From Dimorphilus gyrociliatus (Eukaryota > Animalia > Annelida), in NCBI GenBank assembly GCA_904063045.1, contig CAJFCJ010000019.1, forward strand, positions 1,689,700 to 1,753,699: a DNA stretch of 64,000 nucleotides. Reading direction: 5' to 3'. Under the pieces are notes generated by a model. The model worked only from the letters and a program-made list of their open reading frames with translations, was not told the origin of the DNA and did no database searches. Made by a program: the position numbers and the translations under genes. Below are positions 55,401-64,000 of this stretch, one piece after another. Every line of letters starts with the position of its first letter. Positions within the stretch are counted from its first letter, which is position 1.

Positions 55401-58400
55401 AAGAACTCGCTTAACATTAATTATCGCTCAAATAAAGAAAATCATTAATGTATACAAAAAAAAGCAATAAAAGCTCCTAAAGAAAGCAGGGTTTTGGTTA
55501 ATTTAACTCCAACAACTTTATCCAATTACTACACTCTTGGTTCAAATAAATTTTACAATATAAATATATGCACATCATATATTTATAGTTTCTTACCCTT
55601 CTTGGACTTGGTGAATCCCTTACATAAAACTGAATACAAACGTAAGAAAATAAATATTTAACAAAAGTATTAATAATTTATTAACGTTGTAGTCTACTTA
55701 AATATTTTATATACTCTTAATTGAAGATATAATGAAAAAATATGGAGATAAATTTAAATTTACCGTGCTTTGACGAGACGAATATTTTCCATAATATCTC
55801 AGCTGACTTAATAGAGAAGTTTTACCTATACCCTGCGTTCCAACAAACATTAACTTCATTCGGTTGTATAGAGTTGCTCTGAAAGATTGAAAACAATTAT
55901 TTATAATTTTCTATTACGTTTAGTTTTAAAGCAGTGCACAAAAGAACTTACTCCTCTTTTATTGACTTCAAATAAGATAAAATCGCTACAGTTCTCGCCT
56001 TATCTCCTAGTGTTGAAAAAAGAGTTTTTTGAACTGGACAGTCATCAAGCTCCAAGCACCACAAACGCCTTAATAAGCCTAACTCTGGAGGCAACTGTAA
56101 AATATATTTTTTAACTTCATAATTTAATTCAAAACGAAGTGTTACCTCTTTGATATTGTTTTTTGATAGTTTTAATTCGCTTAAACCAAGATGATAAGAT
56201 AGTTCCGCAGGAACAAATTCCAAACAATTGTTTGTCAGGTCGAGAAATGAAAGTGATGGATAAAGCATGTTCTCGCTAGCCTTTAAGCTGGGTGATTTTA
56301 TCTGCAGAATATATATTTAAGTAGTAGAAATATTCAGTAGCTTATTTATATCAGATTGATACCTGTTTAAGTATGTGGGAAGAATTTGAAGAGGATAAAA
56401 CTCCTTCCTTCAAAAGTGTAATCCTTTTAAGCTTATTACCAGATAATCGTAAAAGTTTAAGTCTTTCCAATTGTTCATGAGTGCGATGTAGACAGATTCT
56501 ATTTCGGCGTAATGGAGATTTCATTGGAGTATTATTTAACTTTAGACGGCCTATATTCGGACTGAAACATCTATCCTCTTCAGCTTCCTCACACTGCCCA
56601 TCGATGATCGAGTCATCTATATGGTTGTTGTCTAGATTTAACTCACGTAAACAGGCCGGATATCGATGGAGAGGTCCTATTTCGGTCAACTTATTATTTG
56701 ACATATTTAGCTTGCAAAGATGGGGTGCTAAGCAAGGAAGACAGTACGGTATAGAAACAAAATCATTTTGTGACAAGTCTAAATTGGTCAAATGCAGTGT
56801 TGAATCATCAGTGTCAAATATGGGATTTCTGACTCTAACTTTTGAACCCCAAAAACTAATCGATGTTAACATTTCTTCGCAATAGGATTTTCTCTTCTTT
56901 ACTTCCTCAATCGTATCGACTAGCTGAGGACAGTCGTTGTCACTTAAGGACGACAGAGAAGCTCTGTTTGTTTCTCTTTCGAACGGTAAATTTTTAAGTC
57001 TATTTGACGATGCAACCAAATCTTCTAATTTTGGAGCTAACCACATGGAAAATGGTAAGGACTCAAGGCAGTTCCCACTAACATTCATTCTCTTTATATT
57101 AGGTAATGTAAATAGATGGGATGGTAAAGACTTTAAAGAATTTTTACTTAAATCCAAATCTTCTAACAATAAACAATCGTAAGAAATAGTTGCTTCAGGT
57201 AAAGAGACCAGACTATTATTTGATAAATGTAGTACTTTTAATGATTGCAATCTGAAAAGGCACAAAGGTAGGAAAGAGAGTTTATTAGATGACAAGTCCA
57301 CTCGAGTAATGGTTGCTAAGGTAGCAGAATCTCTTACTAAACCTTGATTATGTCTTTTAGCACAAGTAGCAAACCAGCTTGATTGCAACCAATTCAAACC
57401 TAATTTGTGCCAATTAATTGCAACGGGGTGAACGATTTGCTTTGAACTTCTATTTTGTTCTGTATCAGGCGATAAAAGTTCATGATAAGAATCCAACATT
57501 GTTCGCTTGCTCAATCGCAGCTCACGATCTATATGCGAAAATTGTATGACTAGAATACTGAGAGCATTTCTGCACGGAAGGTCGTCTATAACTTCTTGAT
57601 TGATAGACGGAAGAGACGATTGCATAGCTGCGATTGCTTTCCTTAAGACTTCATTGTGTTCATCTGTAGCTCCGTACTCCAGCAGCAATTCCATTAAATC
57701 GACGTTCATATTATTGAACGCTTGCATAAGCGGGGGGTTACCTCCGTCTTTTGTTGTTGATGTACAGGGGGAGATTCCATTTTCTAACAGACATTTAATA
57801 ATATCATATTCTGCTGATTGTTTCAACGCTAATAAAACTATATTGGAATCCTTGTCGACGGGGCAAAAAATCTCATCTTCATCGCCTAGTTGTTGTACAT
57901 TAAAATTGAAAAGAGCTTTGACACAACCCAAGTTATTGTTCATTACAGCCAAATGTAGTGGAGTGTAGCCAGTTGAAGTTAAAGAATTTACATTGAAAGC
58001 ATGGGTATACTTGTATGATTTAAATTTTTGTACAGATAATAATTCAGAAGGGTAATCATAATACAGTAGCTTCTCCAAAGTCTCAGTATTTCCTTCATAA
58101 CAAGCAATATGTATCGGTAAGAAACCATCAGAGGTAGTTGTGAGAACAAGCTTAGGAAATTTGGATAAAACTAAATCTAATATTTGCATATTCGGCGTAG
58201 TTTGACAAGCGATATGAAGTGCAGTGATATGTGTATTCGGATGAAATGAAAAGTCGCCTCCCCATTTAATAAGCTGTTCAACGAATGAGAAGTCTGAGAT
58301 GTCGCAATACTTATGTAAGAAACTATAAGTTCTTTCATCATTTAATGGCCTATTAATTATGTCCGCAACCCGATCAGGGCTCAAACGATAAGCCAGCAGT

Positions 58401-59298
58401 TTACATGTTTCTAAATCACCATCTTGAATTTCTTTAAATAATTCTAAATAGAAAAAAAGACAGAAATTTATACAATTAATTATTTACAAAAAAAAACATT
58501 ATAATACTATACTATACAACTAACCGTCTTCAAGCATTCTTTCCTCTTGCTTTTTAGCCTCTGTATAATTTTTTAATATATATTTACATTAATATCAATA
58601 AACAGCCCGCAGATATTTAAGTTTGCAACAATAAATTTATAATACAGTATATAATAGAATATAATTAAATAATATTAAAATTGTTTTTTTTACGCCGCAC
58701 ACTAAACAATATAAATATGAAAAAGACATAAATATATTAAACATACCTATATTTTTGGTTAGAATGTCCACAGTATCAACATTTTTGGCTTCTGTCGCTA
58801 ATTCTAAAGCTGTTTTACCTCTACCTTCTACAGTTTTCGGATCAGCTTCAAATCTTAATAATAACTCAACAAAATCCTTTTTGTCCTTTTCTGCAGCGCA
58901 ATGTAGAGGTGTCTTAAGGGATAGAAAGTATTACACTTAATTGAACTGGCAGTAATAAAATATATACCATATGTTGGGAATATTCCCCGCTAGCAATGTT
59001 TGGGTCAGCTGAAAGAAGAGAAAACCATTATTTTAATAATTAGTGATATGGTAGAAATAGAAAAATACAAACCACCAGCCTGAAGAAGCATATAGGCAAT
59101 TTCTAAATTGTTGTTACTGACAGCTATATGTAGAGCCGTTCTTCCATATGAGTCTTGTTCATTTATATACTCTTCCTGATTTTCTAATGTTAAAAGGCTC
59201 TCGAGCAATTCTACATTATTATATAAAGTTGCTTGAAACATTAGATCAGCCGTACTGTTGTCTTCAGCGACATACTCTCCGTTTCCTCTGTTTGCCAT
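49472..59298 (-). CDS. LRRK1: LRRK1-type ROCO kinase (ANK-LRR-ROC-COR-kinase-WD40)
   Basis: Ankyrin repeats (YGRTALHIAV), LRRs, ROC (MFVGTQGIGKTS, STVGIDI, WDFGGQ, IIVGTHLD), COR (SYFPSGFWPRLITRLL) and kinase (GRGAFG, VAMK, YRDLKSENVL, DYG, APE), followed by a beta-propeller-like tail. An N-terminal ANK start and the alpha-C insert match LRRK1/Lrrk/lrk-1. Confidence 0.93.
51915..52098 (-). CDS. LRRK alternative exon B (184 nt, phase 2 to 0)
   Basis: caatcag|g...gatgtg|gtacat; reads (G)WRGGLRREEHKRSVYAHLFEHCVHASQHDRIVYCPQHGNLGPTFVASNDGYVQSEHVASDV. Confidence 0.75.
52505..52661 (-). CDS. LRRK alternative exon A (157 nt, phase 2 to 0)
   Basis: ttttcag|c...gatttg|gtagga; reads (G)QLDTQKRYLYAHTIEQAIVMINFGFKETECPFHGLLKLVGSNEGCQLSTYDL. 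Confidence 0.75.
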
Positions 59299-59625
59299 TG
59301 ATTATTTGCGCAGCTGATGTACTACAATCGAATTAAACATCCAAAGCTTTTCATTAAAGTTTTATATTATGGAAATCGTAATTTTAACATTATTTTCTTG
59401 ATGTAGTGTTTTAGTATCAACTTTACGTAATCCATCCGTTCATCGTTATAATTATATTCTCGAATCGAAATAGTAAAAATGACAACAAATAGTTCTCAAA
59501 TGGTAAAACATTCATAGAGGGCCGAAAACCGGTAAAAGTATACAGACTGGAGCGTTAAATTTCTGATTTACATCGAAAAGGAAAATTAAAGGACAGTCTG
59601 GACGTTTATAACCTCCGGAATTGAA
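59299..59625. promoter_or_regulatory. Probable bidirectional promoter between LRRK and RPRD1B
   Basis: The divergent start codons are about 330 nt apart. Confidence 0.55.
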
Positions 59626-61062
59626 ATGTCAACTTTCCAAGAAGGAACTTTATTGAAGAAACTGATAGATTTAAATGAAACTCAGCAGAGCATTCAGACT
59701 TTATCATTATGGGTTATCCATCACCGTAAACACTCAAAGGAAATCGTACAAATTTGGATAAGAGAATTACAAAAAGGTTCATTTAATACTGCTATAATAA
59801 TTTATTTAATAATCGACAATATTTTTTGTCTCTATTAGCCAAAGTTCAGCGTAAACTTATCTTTCTCTACCTAGCTAATGATATTGTTCAAAATTCCAAA
59901 AAAAAAGCACCTGAACTTAATAAAGACTTTAGGGACGTTATGCAAACCGCTTATAAACATACTATGAGGTTTGTGTAGACTTATTTATTTACCAATTATC
60001 AATTATACCCTAATTAAACAGGTCTAAGCCGGACGATAAAACCAAAAATGCTATGAATAGATTACTAGACATATGGAAGGAGAGAGGAGTATTCGAAGAA
60101 AGATTTATTATACAATTAAAACGAGTTATGAATCCAGGTAGTTAAAATATATATACTAAGATCATAAATTACATCGATAAATTAATTTTACATATTCTAT
60201 TTCAATACAAAGATAAATCAGATAGCGCTGAGCCAACAGTTGCTCCTAGTGAGTAGACATAGTATATAATTTTTAACAAAATATATTCCATTTAATTCTA
60301 TTATAGAGAAAACAGTTGAAACCGAAGCTCCTGTAACTAAAAAATCAAGATTAGAACGTTTCGAAGATCTGAAAGAAGAGTTCACATCAAATGATACAAT
60401 TGAACCACCAACCGTTTGTTTCTATTTAATATTTAGTCTTTTTCTAATTCATTAATAATTTACTTGGTCCCTATAGTGTGAAGAACTTGTTAAATCATTA
60501 AAAAATTTAGAAAATTCCGCCTCCGGTGACGAAGTAGTTAGAAATGAAATTGCAGCTTTACCGTCCGAAATATCCGATAGTGATTATTTGAACAAGATTA
60601 AAGGTAGTAGAATTATATCAGTTTTGTAAAATTATCCCAATTGAAATTATTAAATTTACTTTCTTTCAAATAGATAAAAGAGAAGCAAGAAAATTGAAAA
60701 AACAAGTCGAAGACGCTGTGAAGTTGATATCAGATTATAATGGTCGTCTAGAAGATGAAATAGCAGAGAGAAAAAAAGTGAATATTACAAAATTCTTATT
60801 GCGTAATAATTTATAACTGCTTCTTTTTCAGACTTCTCTTTTAATAAAAAGTTTCATAAGCAAACAAAAAGAACAACTAACTGAGGCAACTAAAAAATTA
60901 GATGAACAAGAAAAAAGGCTAAGTCATGTAGATGTTGTTCGTAAAGAACTTAAGGAGCACATAGAAAATTTGCCTGATATATCAAGGTTACCTAGTGACG
61001 ATTCTCCATTACCTTCAGCAGGAGATTTATTTAATGCTAAAAAGGAGCTTGGTCTCGAATAG
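59626..61062 (+). CDS. RPRD1B: Regulation of nuclear pre-mRNA domain-containing protein 1 (CID domain), multi-exon
   Basis: MSTFQEGTLLKKLIDLNETQQSIQTLSLWVIHHRKH, LIFLYLANDIVQNSKKK and the C-terminal hallmark PLPSAGDLF. Stop at 61060-61062. Confidence 0.93.
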
Positions 61063-61973
61063 CATTAATAATTAATAAATAATTATATCGTTTGCCTCTG
61101 TTTGTTTATATTTTTTCAAAGAAATTACCATGTTATAAATATATCCCGAAAAACCTTTTTTGTATAGTCAATATACCATGTAATAACTTTACTGTATATA
61201 AACAGAAGGTAAAAAGAGGACACTCTTATAACAAGTAAGCTTTAGGAAATCTTAACTGTTCATAAATATATTTTTCAAAGCAAACAGAAAAAAGCAATTA
61301 TTAAGTTTGTCAAAAAAGTTTGATGTAATAGAAACTAAAAGGTAACTCTATATTTTATGAACTATAGCTAACTGTGAAATACTAAATTGTTTGTAAAAAG
61401 ATAACTAAACTATCTAAATCTTTTAATTTTTGTATTTTTTTTCCTTTGTATTATATTGTTAGTTCTGTTAATTAAAGGCTTGGTAAATACTTTGCTTGAA
61501 CACACGTCTAAATTGATGTATGCATATGAATAACCATAATAATAAAAGCAACAATAAGAGTCATGTGATAAAGTAATTTCCTAAATTTTTTTCAAGTTCA
61601 TAGAAAGAAGATAACTAATTAATCAAGTTTTTTCTATTTTATTACTTCTGGAATAAAAGAAAACACCGATGAATCTCAAAATTCATGATATTTAAGGTTT
61701 TCAACCATTTTTTTGCAATGCTTTTTGAAATAAGTTAAAAGTGACAATTCGATTTCTTTTTCGTTTAAATATACTTTCCAAAGCAACAAAACGAAAGAAA
61801 TAGACAAAAGCACAAATTACTAAGCGTAAAAGTAGATAAATTTACAAAAAGGAAAATAATGAAAATGTAATAACGAAGCTTTGAAATTTTTTTTTCGGAT
61901 GGATTGAATTGAATTGATCTAAATTCAAACAAAATAGAAGGATCACAAAAAAAAACAAAGAGTTTCTAAAAGT

Positions 61974-64000
61974 TTAGGAGGAGCCACTAGCTGTATTTTT
62001 AACCATACTCCAAACTTGTGCTGTAATGATATAAAGATATAAATTTATAATCGTTAAATTTTAATGTAATAGATGGCATACATATAGCTTTAGAAGTAGT
62101 TTCTTGGACAAGTTTGCCTGCCACTTCTGATGTTTTCCAAGTTCTATAAAAATATTAAATAAACAAATTATATTTCGTTAAAAATAAGAGAAGTATATAA
62201 TTACTGAGATAATTTGTCTTTTGCACCCTTAACAAATTCAGGGAAATACGACTGCCCGTGATTCAAATGTCTAAGAGTTGAAATAATGGATATTATATTT
62301 TGAGGGAAATATTAATAAACAGCATACTCGGGATTAATATGTAAAAGTATTGTTCTGGGATGATTTTGCCATATTTTAAAGTTATTTGTGAGTTGCCAGG
62401 CTTTTACAAAAGATATGTTAAAATCGTCCATCGTAGATGCATCTAAATAAAGAATCTATATATAGTAAAAAAAGAATTGTTGATTACAAGTTACCATTGT
62501 TTACTGCTACAGCGGCTAACGACAACAAATACATTTTAAATTGATGTCTTAGCCAATCTTCACTTCCTTGCCAATCTAAACAAATAAATAAGATAATTAT
62601 ACTACTTTTCTATTTTATGGGAAATTATAAAAAGAAAAACAAGAAAACCTCTTTCAAATTGCTGAAAAGATGAATTTTCTCTTGTAATTCTTAAGATCAT
62701 ATCCACAAACTTTTTATCGGCACTTGTTGGTTGAGTAAGTTTCTCTAGCTCCTTGTTAGTAAATTTTAATTCCACTTTGTCATTCTTTATCTAAATAAAT
62801 CAAGTGTAAAGTTTAATATAAAGAAAGAAATTGATTAGATCGATAGGATTATCGATTGAAAAGCTTTACGTACTTCGACAAGAGCATCATAATGCTTTGT
62901 ATCCATTTTGAACACTTGATTAGTAGCACCGGCCCAATAGCACTTTGTTGTAGAACTTTTAAGAGTTTCCAGGTTGTGTAGAGAGCAATATGGAAAACAG
63001 AGTCGATTTTCGGAAAAAATTTTTAAAGGGAAGCCAAATTTACTAAAGTGTAAATTTTCAGCTGCTTGATCGTCATTTAACTGAGGACATTTATCATTTT
63101 CCAACCAATTTGACATAATTGCAGAATTAACATAGGATAGGGAATATTTTGCAGTATTTTCAAATATTTCAGAATCAGTAATAACTTGTTGACTAGATTC
63201 CTTGAAAGTATCTGACGAAATTTCACATATTTCATCATCTTTAGGTTTATCGTTAGGAATGTTTGAATCGATTTGATTTTCTTGAGATTCTGTTGACTCC
63301 GAAGAAGATTTTAAGATGATTTCTACAATTTCATCCCTTCGATCAGTTTCTTCTTCTATAGTTGTTTTTTTGTTTTTGTCGTAATTAGCTGCATCAGCAA
63401 GACCTTCCTCAAGAATTCCTATCACATAATATACAATTAGATTCAGTAACGTTTAGACTGAAATGCGAAGAAAATTACCTGGAACAAGAGACAAAATACA
63501 TAAAATATCACTGCAGAGACGATTACTCTCAATATTCGAAAAAAATAAAACTCTTTTTTCAATAAGCAACAGCTTGAATAATTGAATAATAAAAAATTTA
63601 TAATTATGAACCAGTTGGATGCAATTAAGTTCTAAAAAAAGAAAGATGTCACTTATAAAATATGGGTGAGAAATTGTCTTAATATATATACCTTGAAAGG
63701 GACTAGCATTATTTAGAGAGCTTCCAGAAAGTCCCATATTTACTTGATTATAGATAGTTTTAAGCCAATGAGTTGTTGAAAAGTTTTCATCAGCTATTTG
63801 TAACTCTTGAAAGTAAGCTTCCGTTAAAGGTTGTAAACATAGACGTATATGGCCAAATAAAGGCTTAATAAGTAGGGAAATAGAAAACAGAGTTAACCAC
63901 TGATACAAAATTTAAACAATATATATCTTATATATAAACCTTTGTGCTTAGGACACAGACTCCTTTAAGTACAGTATTCCTTGTGAACTTTTGCAGTTTG
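61974..64000 (-). CDS. AVL9: Late secretory pathway protein AVL9 homolog (DENN-related); 5' part lies beyond the window
   Basis: LFKLLLIEKRVLFF...LSLVPG, FGFPLKIF...CFPYCSL...AGATN, and DWQGSEDWLRHQFKMYL match AVL9 motifs. Inferred stop at 61976-61974. Confidence 0.85.

Noticed and set aside
28958-57968. Many short antisense or alternate-frame ORFs overlapping PARP, spectrin and LRRK exons
   Set aside because: They are explained as shadows of long coding exons or of low-complexity K/E/D tracts, with no independent motifs.
16902-59298. Functional cluster of trafficking genes (DCTN1, beta-H spectrin, LRRK, AVL9)
   Set aside because: They are interspersed with unrelated housekeeping genes in mixed orientation. 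Adjacency in a compact animal genome is not evidence of co-regulation without synteny data.

Overview
AT-rich, very gene-dense animal (invertebrate) genomic DNA with many tiny GT-AG introns of about 50-70 nt. This style fits a miniaturised spiralian genome such as the annelid Dimorphilus, but that is an unverified inference. I reconstructed 11 spliced protein-coding genes by hand: an unannotated secreted Trp/Gly/Thr pentapeptide-repeat protein (-, runs off the window start, missing from the ORF track), SPRED (+), NOP53 (-), RPIA (-), a claudin/PMP22-like tetraspan protein (-), PSMA3 (-), DCTN1 (+), an ankyrin-WGR-PARP (-), beta-heavy spectrin (-), an LRRK1-type ROCO kinase (-), RPRD1B (+), plus a 5'-truncated AVL9 (-). 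I recognised no rRNA, tRNA, CRISPR array or transposon. The best leads are (1) the secreted WGTG-repeat protein with an acidic block and a basic block, (2) a pair of homologous, frame-incompatible (mutually exclusive) exons at the COR-kinase junction of the LRRK gene, (3) a candidate 33-nt cassette exon inside its ROC GTPase domain, and (4) a triple-NPF exon among symmetric cassette exons in the beta-H spectrin tail. All exon boundaries were read by eye and homology calls are from recalled family motifs, not database searches.
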